A DNA stretch of 64,000 bases from contig NC_083420.1 of assembly GCF_020745735.1 (NCBI RefSeq), positions 29,264,001 to 29,328,000 of the forward strand, in the 5' to 3' direction. The DNA comes from Hemiscyllium ocellatum. Its lineage: Eukaryota. The notes under the pieces are model-generated. The model searched no databases and was not told where the DNA came from. It was given only the letters and a program-made list of their open reading frames with translations. Positions within the stretch are counted from its first letter, which is position 1, and every line of letters starts with the position of its first letter. Shown here piece after piece: positions 23,978 through 38,503 of this stretch. A program made the position numbers and the translations under genes.

Positions 23978-26900
23978 GTCATAGAGTCATAGAGATGTGC
24001 AGCATGGAAACAGACCCTTGGTCCAACCTGTCCATGCTGAGCAGATACCCTAACCCAATCTAGTCCCACCTGCCAACATCGGGCCCATATCCCTCCAAAC
24101 CCTTCCTATTCATGTACCCATCCAAATGCCTCTTATCTGTTGCAATTGTACCAGCCTCCACCACATCCTCTGGCTACTCATTCCATACACGTACCACCCT
24201 CTGTGTGAAAAAGTTGCCCCTTAGGTCTCTTTTATATCTTTCCCCTCTCACCCTAAACCTATGCCCTCTAGTTCTGGACTACCCGTCCCCAGAGAAACGA
24301 AAATATTTATCCTATCCATGCCCTTCATAATTTTGTAAACCTCCATAAGGTCACCCGTCAGCCTCCAACGCTCCAGGGAAAATAGCCCCAATCTCTCCCT
24401 GTAGCTGAAATCCTCCAACCCTGACAACATCTTTGTAAATCTTTTCTGAATCCTTTCAAGTTTCACAACATCTTTCCATTAAAAAGGAGACCAGAATTGC
24501 ACACAATATTCCAACAGAGGTCTAACCAATGTCCTGCAACATGACCTGCCAACGCCTGTACTCAATACTCTGACCAGTAAAGGAAAGCATACCAAACGCC
24601 TTCTTCACTATCCTATCTACCTGCGACTCCACTTTCAAGGAGCTATGAAGCTGCACTCCAAGGTCTCTTTGTTCAGCAACACTCCCTAGGACCTTACCAT
24701 TAAGTGTATAAATCCTGCTAAGATTTACTTTCCCAAAATGCAGCACCTTGCATTTATCTGAATTAAACTCCATCTGCCACTTCTCAGCCCATTGGCCCAT
24801 CTGGTCCAGATCCTGTTGTAATCTGAGGTAACCCTCTTCACTGTCCACTACACCTCCAATTTTGGTGTCATCTGCAAATTTACTAACTGTACGTCTTATG
24901 CTCACATCCAAATCATTTATATAAATGACAAAAAGTAGAGGGCCCAGCACCGATCCTTGTGGCACTCCACTGGTCACAGGCCTCCAGTCTGAAAAACAAC
25001 CCTCCACCATCACCCTCTGTCTTCTACCTTTGAACCAATTCTGTATCCAAATGGCTAGTTCTCCATGTATTCCATGAGATCTAATCTTGCTAATCAGTCT
25101 CCCATGGGGAACCTTGTCGAACACCTTACTGAAGTCCATATAGATCACATCTACTACACTGCCCTCATCAATCTTCTTTTTTTACTTCTCCAAAAAACTC
25201 AATCAAGTTTGTGAAACATGATTTCCCATGCACAAAGCCATGTTGACTATCTCGAATCAGTCCTTGCCTTTCCAAGTACATGTACATCCTGTCCCTTAGG
25301 ATTCCCTCCAACAACTTGCCCACTATTGAGGTCAGGCTCCCCGGTCTGTAGTTCCCTGGCTTGTCTTTACCGCCCTCCTTAAACAGTGGCACCACGTTTG
25401 CCAACCTCCAGTCTTCCGGCACCTTACCTGTGACTATCTATGATACAAATACCTCAGCAAGAGGCTCAGCAATCACTTCTCTAGCTTCCCACAGAGTTCT
25501 CAGGTACACCTGATCAGGTCCTGGAGATTTATCCACCTTTAACCATTTCAAGACATCCAGCACTTTCTCCTCTGTAATCTGGACATTTTGCAAGATGTCA
25601 CCATCTATTTCCCTACAGTCTATATCTTCCATATCCTTTTCCACAGTAAATACTGATGCAAAATATTCATTTAGTATCTTCCCATTTTCTGTGGCTTCAC
25701 AAAAGGCCATCTTGCTGATCCTTGAGGGGCCCTATTCTCTCCCTAGTTACCCTTTTGTCCTTAATATATTTGTAAAAACCCTTTGGATTCTCCTTAATTC
25801 TATTTGCCAAAGCTATCTCATGTCCCCGTTTTGCCCTCCTGATTTCCCTCTTAAGTATACTCCTATGCCTTTATACTCTTCTAAGGATTCACTCGATCTA
25901 TCCTGTCTATACCTTACATATGCTTCCTTCTTTTTCTTAACCAAACCCTCAATTTCTTTAGTCATCCAGCATTCCCTATACCTACCAGCCTTCCCTTTCA
26001 CCCTGACAGGAATATACTTTCTCTGGATTCTTGTTATCTCATTTCTGAAGGCTTCCCATTTTCCAGTCGTCCCTTTACCTGCGAACATCTGCTTCCAATC
26101 AGCTTTCGAAAGTTCTTGCCTAATACCGTCAAAATTGGCCTTTCTCCAATTTTGAACCTCAACTTTTAGATCTGGTCTATCCTTTTCCATCACTATTTTA
26201 AAACGGATAGAATTATGGTCACTGGTCCCAATGTGTCCCCCACTGACACCTCAGTCACCTGCCCTGCCTTATTTCCCAAGAGTACATCAAGTTTTGCACC
26301 TTCTCTAGTAGGTACATCCACATACTGAATCAGAAAATTGACTTGTACACACTTAACAAATTCCCCTCCATCTAAACCTTTAACACTATGGCAGTCCCAG
26401 TCGATATTTGGAAAGTTAAAATCCCCTACCATAACTACTCTATTATTCTTACAGATAGCTGAGATCTCCTTACAAGTTTGTTTCTCAATTTCCCTCTGCC
26501 TATTGGGGGGCTTGTAATACAATCCCAATAAGGTGATTATCCCTTTTCTTATTTCTCAGTTCCACCCAAGTAACTTCCCTGGATGTATTTCTAGGAATAT
26601 CCTCCCTCAGCAGAGCTGTAATGTCATCTCTTATCAAAAATGCCACTCCCCCTCCTCTTGCCTCCCTTTCTATCCTTCCTGTAGCATTTGTATCCCAGAA
26701 CATTAAGCTGCCAGTCCTGCCCATCCCTGAGCCATGTTTCTGTGAATACTATGATATCCTAGTCCCATGTTCCGAACCATGCCCTGAGTTCATCTGCCTT
26801 CCCTGTTAGGCCCCTTGCACTGAAATAAATACATTTTAATTTATTAGGGCATCAGTGCGGACTTCAACAGTTTCCTCATTTCACCTCACCCCAGCTCCAA

Positions 26901-27838
26901 ACTTCCAGCTCAGCACTGACCCCATGACTTGTCCTACCTGCCCATCTTCTTTTCACCTATCCACTCCACCCTCTCCCCTGACCTATCACCTTCATCCCCT
27001 CCCCCACTCTCATATTGTACTCTCTGCTACTTTCTCCCCACCCCCACCCCCACCCTCCTCTCATTTATCTCTCCACCCTTCAGGCACTCTGCCTGTATTC
27101 CTGGTGAAGGGCTTTTACCCGAAATGTCATTTTACTGCTTCTCGGATGCTGCCTGAACTGCTATGCTTTTCTAGCACCACTCTAACCTCAACTCTGGTTT
27201 CCAGCATCTGCAGTCATTGTTTTTACCTAATTTGTCCCTGCCTGCCCTGGCTGTTTGACTTCTGTTCTCAGCTGTACCCCTCTCAGATCAATCTCTTTCC
27301 TCACTGTCTCCCTGGGTCCCCCCCCCCCCCCTCCCTTTACTAGTTTAAATCCTCCCAAGCTGTTCTAGCAAATTTCTCTGCCAGTCTCCTTCCAATTTAG
27401 GTGCAATCCGTCCTTCTTGTACAGGTCACTTCTACCTCAAAAGAGATTCCAATGATCCAAAAATGTGGATCCTTCTCCCATACACCAGTTCCTCAGTCAT
27501 GCATTCAACTGCATCCTCCTATTCCTACCCTCAGCACTGGGAGTAAGCCAGATATTACTACCCTTGAGGACCACCTCTTTAAATTTCTGCCTAACTCTCT
27601 GTAATCTCCCTTTAGAATCTCAACCTTTTCCCTTTCTATGTCATTGGTTAAAATGTGGACAATGACCTCCTGCTGGCCTCCTTCCCCCGTGAGAACATTC
27701 TGCACACTCTGAGACATCCTTGATCCTGGCACCAGGGTAAAAGACATACCATTCTGCTTTTTCTCTGCTGGCCACAGAAAGGTCTGTCTGTACCTCGGAC
27801 TACAGAATCCCCTAACACAATTGTTCTCTTGGAAACCG
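23978..27838 (-). mobile_element. CR1-type LINE (HER1-like) with ORF2 (APE plus RT) and part of an esterase-type ORF1
   Basis: ORF2 motifs VGDFNFPNIDW, KSPGPD, PEDWRLANVVPLFK, VPQGSVLGP and KFADD. ORF1 esterase-like VIVHILTNDI...VVISGLLPV at 27505-27747. Confidence 0.93.
26847..27228 (+). mobile_element. Solo Penelope pseudo-LTR fragment nested in a CR1, with a decayed hammerhead (27101-27128)
   Basis: Closely similar to about 16605-16990. The motif reads CTGGTGA-AGGGCTTTTACCC-GAAAT-GTC. Confidence 0.88.
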
Positions 27839-30244
27839 ACGTGGAGCCACCAGAGGTCTGGTTACTTTAAATTTGATATTATGTTACGAGAAGGATAGGG
27901 ACATACCAAATATCTCTCAATTAAAGTATAATCCTGAAAGGAAGAGGAATCTTAAAAAGGTGAAAAATCATCCATTACTTAACAAGGAAGTCAAGACAAA
28001 AGCTAGGGCATATCATAATACAAAGATTCTGACGTGTTGGGAGAACTTTTGACATCGTTAAAGTGTTAATAAAAACAAAAGAACTTAGATGAACTATGAA
28101 AGAAAACCTGCAGAAAATATAAACACAAAAGCTTTTATAAATATAAAAAGGAAGAGAATAGTGAAAGTAAAGTTGACTTTTTAGAGGATGAAACTGGTGA
28201 GAAAGTAATGGAAAACTCAAATGGCAGAGGCACCGAATCAATATTTTATCTCTGTTTTCAGAGTGGAAGATAATTCCTTCCCCAAATTTGCAGTTACTAT
28301 AGAGGAATGATAACTAGAACAAAGTTATTAAGTAAACTGATGGAATTAAAGGTCTGATGGCCTGCACACTTGAGTATTAAAGGAGGTTGCAACAAAAACC
28401 ATGGATACATTAGTTATGATATTCCAAAAGTCCTTGGGTTCTGGAAAGGCATTAGAAGAATGGAAACATGCTAATGTAAAAAAGGAGATGGGCAAAAAGT
28501 GGGAAACTATAATTAGTTAGTTTGACTGCTAGAGTCAGTCATAAAGGAGGGGATAACTGAACACTTAGAAAAGCAAAGCTCAATTCACCAGTGATGGTTT
28601 CATGAAGGGCACGTCATGCTTGACAAAATGTCTGGAGTTCTTTGAGGATGTAATTAGCAAGGTGGATAAGGGGAATCCAGTGTAGGTTGGTTGATCTCGA
28701 CTTCAAGAAGGCAGTTGACAAGGTGCAGCATAAAAAACTGATCCAGAAGGTTAGATCCCAGGTGGTTAAAGGTAGAGCATTGGCTTGGATAGAGGATTGA
28801 CTGACTGACAGAAAGCAGAGGTTCGGGGTAAATGTATCCTTCTCTGGATGGTGAATTGTAACTAGTGGGGTGCTGCAGAGTTTAGTTATCAGACTTCAAC
28901 TGTTTACAATCTGTATAAATAATCTGCAAGGAACGACAGTGTATCCTAGTAAAATTTGAGAGTGATACTAAAATAGGTGGAAAATCAGACTGTGATGATG
29001 AGATGGAGTTTACAAGTGGATATTGATAGGCTAGGAGAATGGGCCAGAATCTGGCAGATGGAGTCTAATGAGGATAAATGTGAGATTGTCCATTTTTGGC
29101 TATAAAAATAAAATGGCAAATTATTATTTAAATGGGAAGCAGGTTCAAAGTACATCAGTGCAGAGGGATCTGGGGTGTCTTTTTGCATGAATTGTGGAAA
29201 GTAGGTATGCAGGTGCAGCATATAATAAAGGCAAATGGAATCCTGGGATCTATTATAAAAGGACTGGATTATAAAAGTAAAGGAGCAGGCAGGTGAGACT
29301 AGTTTAATTTGGAATTATATTCAGCAAGGACTGGTTGGGCCAAAGAGTCTGTTTCTATGCTGTATGTCTCTTAAGTGTTGTTACAATTATATAAGGCATT
29401 GGTGTGACCACATTTGGAGTATTGTGTCCAGTTTTGGTCTCCTTACTTGAGGAAGGATGTGGTGGCGTTAGAGGCAGTTCAGAGAAGGTTCACGAGGTTG
29501 ATACCAGGGATGAAAGGGCTGTCATACAAGGAGCTATTGCATAGCTTGTGCTTGTAGTCATTGTTCAGAAGAATTGGGAGGGGGGTGTGGTGTGGTCGGA
29601 TTGAGGTATATAAAATGCTAACAGGGATTGATAAGGTGGATGCTGAGCAAATGTCCCCCCCCCCCCCATGGGACAGTCTCAAACAAGAGGATACAGACAG
29701 AGTGAGAGGATATAGATAAACGAGGTAGAAAAGGTGAGAAGAAATGACCTCTTTCTGAGGGTTGTGAATCCGTGGAACTCACTGCCCCAGAGTGCAGTGG
29801 AGGCAGAATCAATCAACAGATTCAAGAAAGGAATAAATATCTTTCTGATGGAAAGCAAGATAAAGGGAGCTATGGGAAGCAGGCAGGAAAGTGGAATTAA
29901 GACCAGGATAAGATTAATCATGTTCATGTTAAATGGTAGAGCAGTCTTGAAGAGCTGAATTACTTCATGCTAGTACTAATTCCTATGTTCCGAACAAGTA
30001 GAGCTATATTGGGCAATTATCAGCAAAACACTTATGAATATTAACAACCTGATGTGCAAACGTTCCATCCCTCTGACCAAACGTATTCTGTATTTCTAGT
30101 ATTCCTTTTGTCTGTTTGCCATCAACTTGTGACCTTTTTATATTGAAATAGTATTACTCCACGGGCATTTTTTTTTCTATATATAAGGACTAATAATCTT
30201 TTTAATGCATTCATCAGCAAAGCCTTTTATTCACTTGTGTTTAG

Positions 30245-30372
30245 GAGTTGCAGTGATTCAGATGAAGAAACCTCCAGTTAACAGTCTAAGCCTGGAATTC
30301 CTCACAGAATTTGCCATTAATATGGAGAAACTTGAAATGGACAGAGAATGTCGGGGTGTAGTTCTCACTTCT
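30245..30372 (+). CDS. ECI1: ECI1 exon 3
   Basis: Acceptor TTTAG, then GVAVIQMKKPPVNSLSLEFLTEFAINMEKLEMDRECRGVVLTS, donor GTATGT. Confidence 0.96.
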
Positions 30373-33300
30373 GTATGTATGAACGTTTGATTTTTTTAAA
30401 ATACAGTTGATTTTACAGCAGGCTGTTCAACCTATTTTGCACGTGCCACCTCTTTGTTTGCACTATCCAGTTAGTGTCCTTCCTCCTCTTTCTCCCCGGC
30501 CTTTAATTTTCTTTTATCCCACATGGATTTATCCAGTTCTTGTTTGAATGTTACTATGAATCTACATCCACCAGCCTTTCAGGCAGTGCATTCCATATCT
30601 CAACAGTGTAAACATATGTGAAAATCAATGTTTCCTCATGTTCTTTTGCCGGTCTCCTTAAATCATCATTTACCTCTACTTCCCTACTCTCTGCTCCTGG
30701 AAACACTTTCTCATCATTTTCTGCATAAACTATTTCTGATTTTGACAACCTCTATCAAATTTCCTATTAAATCTTCTCTAGGGTCTCTGCTGAACAGAAA
30801 TCTCTAAATACTGGGATTATTGTAATAACTCTCTTGTGTACTCTGTACAAGGTCTGATTATCTGGCTAAAGTATTTGTCCAGAATTGAACACACATGTAT
30901 TCATGCATTTGGCCTCCCCCACCCCAACAGGCTTAACTAGTGCTTTAGAAAAGTTTAACACTACTCTCTTGCATTTCACAGAATGGTTACAACACAGAAC
31001 GAGGCCATTAAACTCCAGCTGACTGTGCCAGCTTTCCGAAGCAGCAATTTGCCTAGAGCAACTCTCCCGTCTTTCCCATGTAGCTCTACACATTCTTCTT
31101 TTTTGGACAATAATCCTGATTACCTCAATTGAGCCTTCTTTAATCACTCCCTGCATGGAAAATGTTTTCTTTGTGTCCTCATTGCTTCTTTTGCCAAGTC
31201 CTTCTGACCCATATTCTCTTGATCTTGATCATTTCATGCAATGGGAACAATTTGTTTTGTATCTACTCAGTCCAGACTCCTCGTGATTTTGGATGCCTCT
31301 ATCAAATCCACATTAAACTTGACCAACTTCTCAAATCGATCTACTATTGTAATTCCTCATTCCTGCAGCCATTTTTGTGAATCTTTGCGGCAAACTCTAA
31401 ACTACCTTCAGAGACTTCCTGAGGTTTTGTAATCCGAACTGAATACAATACTCCAGTTGAGGCTAAACAAATTTCTGTATATGTTAACATAAGTCCTCAC
31501 TGTTGTGCTTTTATGTTGCTACTAATAAAACCTAGGAGGCTGTCAGCTTTATTATCCATACTCTCAACCTATCCTGCCATCTTTAATGAATAACACCCAC
31601 ATATACCCATATCCTTCTGTTCTTGTACCCCCTTTAGATTTGTAGCCTTTGTTTTATATTGTCTCTCTTCATTTTTCCTACCAAAATGAATAATTCCCCA
31701 CTTCTCTGTATTAAATTTAATTTGCCATTTGTTTGTTCATTGCACTGATGTCTATGCCCTTTTGGAATTCTAGGTTACCTTTCTTGTGGTTCACAATATT
31801 CCCTAGTTTTGAAACATGCTCGCGTTTCAAAATTGTGACTTATATAATAGGACTAAGAAATTTGAATATTTCAATAAGCACTGCGCTCTTATCACTGGTC
31901 CCTGACGATCTTGATAATAACCCTTGTTCCAATCTGAGGTATATTAATTACAACTGTCCGTTTCCTGTCACTCATGCAGTGTTGTGTCCATGTTGCTACT
32001 GTCCCTGTTATTCTGTGTTCTAACTATGCGGTAGTTTATTCAATGCCTTTTGGAAGTCTATAACTGATTAACAGCATTATTCTAATTGACCCCCTCTATT
32101 ACTTTCTCAAAAATCTCCAAGTCACTTAACACAATTTGGTCTTAACAAATCTGTGCTGGCTTTTCCCTTTTTTACTTTTTTTTGTACATTGTATTAAAAG
32201 CAGTGGTCCCGCAGTTTTGAAAGATTTGTTGCATGCACTGCCTCGCATTCTTGGAAATGTATTTAATTTGTTGATTAGTCTCTCCTCCCCAGTCCATGTG
32301 CTTGAATTCTCTTGCAATCCTCATTGTTTACTACATTTGAACTTTGCACCACCTGCAAACTTTAGGGTTATGTGCTGTGTCCCCAAGGCCAAGCCATTAA
32401 TCCATTTTGAGAACAACTATGAGAAAGTGAGCACGTTAAAAATGATAGGATATTTCAGTAGTTTAGTACATTTGGGATTAAAGTTTGTAATAATTCTTGA
32501 ACTTTAATGTGAGTATTCTGACGTTACTGGTGAAAGTGAGCAGCCAAAATATAATTACAGCATGAGTTCTATGCAGTAGACTAGTATGGTTGGTATCTAA
32601 TAAAATCAACTATCTGCCCTCATTACTGTCCTTGTAATCATAAACTGAATTATAAACTGACCTTGACAATCAGTATGTGATTGCTACTGACATGTCTGCA
32701 TGGATTATATTTTACAGGATTGTTTGTAAAGCTTTTTGTCATACATTGTGAGGAAATGTGCAAATGTAGTATTTGTTTCTGTACCTTAACTCTGTGTTTA
32801 TAGTGTGCTGGAAATGTATGGACACTATTAAGCAATGTTTGTAATCTTTAATTGTGTATTATGGGGGATCAATAATGGAATATGATCTGTTGCAAATGAA
32901 TATTATGTTGTTTACAGTTCAGAGATTACCTCACAAAAGGGTTTTAAATTGCTTTCCCCATCTGCTCAGTTGGTGAAGTCAGTATGCAGTTCAGTGCTAA
33001 AGGTTTGAAGATTTCTGCTACTTTTATTGAAGTAGCTACAGTTCACCTCAGCACTTCTCAGGAAAATAATGCAGTGGTACCACTGAAGCAGATATATTGG
33101 CAGATTGACTAGTTGGCTGGATGTGACTAATGGAGTTCTGCAGGATCTTTTTGGGGCCTCAGCTATTCAATAGATTTCATCCACCTTAGACCTAAATATG
33201 ATAAAGCATTGTACTTCCTGTGTGGCAAACAACAAGAAACAATGGATCTCCATTGAAACTTGGAGGTGCAGGTATGTAGATCTTGAAAATGTCATGAACA

Positions 33301-33910
33301 GGTAAATGAAATAAATCAAAAAAAGGTTAATGGAATGCTGACCTTTTATGTTTCAATTACTAGAATGCAAGAGGGCAGAAACTATGCTTCAACTGCAAAA
33401 TGATGTACTGTGAATAGTTCTAGACAGCATACCTTCTGAAAAACGTATTAGGCTTGGAGGGAGGGCATTGTAGGTGTACTAGAAGAATACCTGGACTCCA
33501 TAATTTAAGCTAAAAGGAGAGATAAAACAAACTGCAGTTGCATTCCCTGGAATTTAAAAGCCACGGACTGATTTGATGTAAGTTTTCAAAGTATTATTGA
33601 GAATGGAAGAAGTAAAAGGAGAGGAGCTATTATTAAAGCAAAGACTAACATAACTCTATTGATTGATTACTGACAAAGTTGGATTTCTGTGAACTAATAC
33701 AGCATTATTTATGCAGTCATGAAATTGCTAAATAAAAGAATGCTCCCTGTGAACATGAGGTATCTGCATCCAAATGTCAACAACGAAGAACAACAAGGAG
33801 AATGAGAACAGCATACTGAAATTTCAGTCTAAAATATAAAAGGTCTAAACTTATTTCCAATATTTTTTTTTGGTTTGGAAAAAAGTATAATCATAATTCT
33901 TTAATTTTAG

Positions 33911-34057
33911 TCTATTCCTAAGATCTTTTCTGCTGGCTTGGATATCAATGAGATGTATGGGAAGACACCAGAGCATTCTGGAGAGTTCTGGAGAGCTGTT
34001 CAGGAAATATGGTTGAAGTTGTATGGCTCCAATATGGTGACAATAGCTGCAATCAAT
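33911..34057 (+). CDS. ECI1: ECI1 exon 4
   Basis: Acceptor TTTTAG, then SIPKIFSAGLDINEMYGKTPEHSGEFWRAVQEIWLKLYGSNMVTIAAIN, donor GTAAGT. Contains the crotonase FSAGLD motif. Not in the ORF track. Confidence 0.96.
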
Positions 34058-36099
34058 GTAAGTAATAAATTTGTCTTTGTAACTTGCATTTTTTCTCAAT
34101 GATTGTTTGCTATAGCTGAGATTGTGTTTATGTAAATAACTTTAAAAAAATAAAAGTAGAATATTGAAAAATACTAATTTACATTCAGTTCAAAATAATA
34201 CCCAAATAAATTTAGGAAATCAAAGGTTTTTGAAGAAGCAGTGAATTCAGCAATGTTTTCAAATTTGTGGAGATAACTTGTGAAATGAACTTAGAAAGTT
34301 GTCATCACAGAGTCCTATGACCTGGTACTCGCATGGAAGTATCATCAATTTAATGTGAAAACAAAATCCTGAGTACCTTTAGCAATGGCCTTTCTAGCCA
34401 TGAACACATTATTACCTCTGGAGCAATGAACCCTTGAAACAGAATTGCATTGTAGCACCTTAATGTGACTCAGCTCAGGACCCTTATAAGTCAGACCTTC
34501 TAAAGTAGGGTCATGCAAAATCAAATTCAAGGACCATGCAATTACAGAATTCTCATGTGCACTCAAGAACATGAATGTGAAACTTGGTCTGGAGCTATTC
34601 AAAAATTTACCTTTGGATTTCTTCTAAGTCACCTGAAGATAGAATGTCATATTCCATATGAACCCTGACAGTGAAAACTCTTTCTCCCCCGCTCACCCTG
34701 TCCTTCAGCATTGTCAGACTGTTTATCCTGCATCCACTTCTGAAAGGGCCTCACTTTCCTTCAATTAAACATTGGGAAGAGCAAAGCCATTGACTTTAGA
34801 CCAAGGCCCCACAAAAACCTTGTTCTCCAACCATTGATTTCATTTCTCTCCCTGGCCACAGTCTTTTGCTGAACTCAAATGTTCATAGCTTCAGGTACTA
34901 CTTGCTCCTGAACCTTGCTTTCTAATCACCCAGCAAGTCCAGGTGTGTATATCATTAAAATATCATGAACAAATATACACAAAAAAATTTTCAAAGGCCG
35001 ATGGAATGGTGATCTTTAAAACTGGACTGCTAGAATACAAAAGGATAGAAATTATACTTCAGCTGTGAGATGCATGCATGTTTTACATGTCTGACAGTAC
35101 GAATAATTCTGGACAGCACACTTAGGACAAATGTATTAGCTTTGGAGGAAGAGCATTATAGATATACCAGAATAATAGCTGGAATCCAGAAGTTGGGCTA
35201 CAGAGAGAAAGAACACAAAGGGGAGTTGTTTTTTCTGAAATCTAGAAACTAAGGGTTTTTTTAATCTAAGTTTTCAAGATATTAATGGGAATAAATAAGG
35301 TAACGGGAGCCTATATCCACTTCTGAAATAGTCATCATCTCCATCTCAGCCTCTACCTATCAGCTGTTTAAATTAGCATTCATAGTTGTTATCTACAGAT
35401 TCTTAATATTTCCATTCCCTTCTCATCAGCTTTTCTTCTGCTCTCGATTTATTTTTAGCTCATCCTAAATGCTGCAGCCTGTATCCTAATTCATACTAGG
35501 TTGCCTTTATCCAACGCCTCTTTCCTTGCCAAACTGCTTTGGCTCCTAATCCCACATTGGGTCCCAATCCCCAAATGGTTTGATTTGAACATTTTCATCC
35601 TTATTATTCAATTTGCTTCCTTGTCTGTGCAGCAGTGTTTAGTTCTGAAGTCGTATTGGACTCAAAACATTAACTCTCTCCGCTGCTGCCAGACCTGCTG
35701 AGCTTTTCCAACAAGTTTTTTGTTACTTTTGCTAGGTGGTCTCATCTCACTATATCTATACCTTCCTATGAAACTGCAAAATCTCAACCTTCCTCATGAT
35801 TATCATAAGCCATCAGAATTTGACCCTTTGAATCTTCTCCACCATTCAATCATTGTAGATAGGTTTCTCAACGCATTCTCCTGCCTTGTCCCTGTAACTC
35901 TTTATCCCCTTCCCAATCAAGGACCCATCTATCTGTGTTTTAAATGGACTCAATGACTTGGTCTCCACAGCCATCTGTGGCAATGAGTTCCACAGATTAA
36001 CCATCCTGTGGCTGAAGAATATTCTCCTTATCTTCGTTATAAAGGGTCATCCCTTCATTATGAGTCTGTGCCCTCTGGTCCTAGTCTCTCCTTCTCGTA

Positions 36100-36960
36100 C
36101 ACTATTCTATAGCCCTAGTTCTGCCATTTGTCAGGGCAGTTGTCCCAGCATGATTCAGGTGGAGTCTGCCTTATTGGAATAGCTTCATCCTTCCCCAGTG
36201 TTAGTGCCAACGTCCCATGAATTTGAACTCCTTTCTGCCACACCAATGTTTGAGCCAATTGTTTATCTTGTTAATCTTGACTCTATGCCAACTTGCTCAT
36301 GGCTCGGGTAGTAATACAGAGGCTACCACCTTTTTGGTTATGCTTTTCAATTTAGCACTTAGCTGCTCATATTCTTTCAGCAGAACAATTCCTCTTTCTA
36401 CTTGTATTGTTGGTATCTATGTGGTCCATGACAATTTGACCTTCCCCTCCTATTCCAAGTTCTTCTGATGTCCTGAACCCAGGCACCAGGCAGGCAACAC
36501 CACCTTCAGGACTCTTGATCCTGGCCACAGAGAACAGTGATTATTCCCCGAACTACACAATCCCCACTTAGAATTACATTTGTCTTTTTCACCCCGCTTG
36601 TTGAATGGTTCCCTGTACTATGGTGCTATGGTCAGTTTGCTGTTTCTTCCCTACAGCCCCCACTCTCGTCCATGCAGGTAGCAATAATCTCAAACCAGCT
36701 CAATATGCTCAGGGACTGTGGTTCCTTCAGCACCATCTCCCAGGTTCCTCTACTTGCCTCAGTGAAAGTTACACCATCCTGTCCCTGACTACTGACTGAA
36801 TTTGCCTTTATTAATCTAAAGGATATGACTGCTTCCTGCAACACACCATCCATATAACTTTTTCCCTTCCCTGATGTGATAATGTTCAAAGCTCAAACTC
36901 CAGCTCATCAACTCTGAGCTCGAGTTCCTCAAACAAGCAACGCTTGCTACATATGTGAAC
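36100..36960 (-). mobile_element. Degraded CR1 ORF1/5' region
   Basis: Similar to the esterase-ORF1 region at 27350-27830 (for example CCTGGCCACAGAGAACAG and GGCACCAGGCAGGCAACA). Boundaries approximate. Confidence 0.55.
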
Positions 36961-38503
36961 CAGAATGGGGGCCTTGCAGCTACAACGCATCACCTGGCTC
37001 AGCATCTCTGTTTTAATTACTTAGTTCTTAACTTGATTTTTAAAAAAAATTATACTGGTCTTTTAGTTTGTGGCCTGTAAATATTTCCCTATTTACTTTC
37101 AATCTGAAAATAAATTGTTAGTTATTAATTGACAATCACTAACCAATGAACTTGAGGTTTACTTGCAATGTCAGGCTTCTGTGCTTGATCTTGGGCATCA
37201 ATTTAACCTGTTTCTAAAAAAAACTTACAAATTATGAGCCTTAAAAAAAACCCAGCAAAATGCACCTCATCTCTTCCCAATCAAATTCCCACATCGTCTC
37301 CAAATTCCTCAAACTATGCACTCGTTGGAGCTGTGTGTCTCTTTCTCTCTAGATATGATCTCTTCTTCCTAACCTTGTGAAGCTGACTGATTCTTTTCTC
37401 TTGTGCGTCTATGCCTTTGCTCCAATATTTGCAGTTGTGCTTTTAGTCATTCAGGTCTGAAATGCTATCCTAAAGCTTCTCATCTGCTTCACCCATTTCT
37501 TGTTGAAGTTGTTCCTGAAAGTTGTTTGACCAATTTCACTTTTTTCTATAACATGCTGGCAGTTCTGACCTGATAGCATCCTGTATAGTGTATTAGGATA
37601 TTTTACTTTAATACAAATACTATTTAGATACAAGTTATTACTGTTAACTCAGCAATTCTTTCACTCTTGTCATGTGGGTTTCATTAATTATTACAACAAA
37701 AATATTTAAAATTGAACTATTGGTAAATAAGGGCCAAAAAAAAAATTAGACTGAAAGAAGTCAGCTAAGGTTGCTGGTCTTTGTTTAACCCACAGCATTC
37801 TGTATCCCTATTGTTTCCAGATAACTTTTATGACACTTGAACCTGTATCAATCTAACCGCATCAAAGGGAGCAATTAGTTCCGAAGCAGTCATTCTTCGT
37901 AATCTGCACAAAAGTATGTTGGAAGAAACCAGGCAAATGTGTTACCATTGTATTACCATTCTGAAAAGGAATCTAAACTGGACTCAAAACATTAACTCTT
38001 GCTATACCACAGATGATATCAGACCTGCTGCGCGTCTCAGTAACTTTGTATTTCTTATTACATTGCTTCCTGGTTCACCATTGAAATTACCATATTATGT
38101 TTGCCAGATTATAAAGCTGACCAATGAATCAAATATTTCTGGTGGTGTGCTTTGACCCTGTGATAGCAGAAAGATGAAAAAAATACGGTTTTATATACAG
38201 TCTGGCTATGAAAGCTTAGTAAACTAATAGCAAGTGCAAGCCACCTATTCATTTTACCTCATTCAAGCATAGCTTCCTGTTTTTAAAATAAAGCATTTAA
38301 AGCTAACACAAATGACCTGTCCTTTACCCTGTAATCTGTCAGGTCCAATCAGTCACTTATAGTGTATTGGGCAATGTTTTCCAAAATTGCCTATTTTTGT
38401 TTTAGAGAGAAGTATAGTTAAATATGATGCTGTTATAATAGCACAGTAGAGTTATTGATTTCTGTCCATCTCTTGAAATTTGTTACTCCCATTATTATCA
38501 TAG

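Larger units (their letters stand above)
23521..29990 (+). mobile_element. Older CR1-type LINE, interrupted at about 23978-27838 by a younger inverted CR1
   Basis: The endonuclease region (YDLVGITEMWLQ...FLEQLV) stops at about 23978 and resumes (VEP...) at about 27841. It then runs through RT and the C-terminus (VVNPWNSLPQ) to a tail near 29990. Confidence 0.8.
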
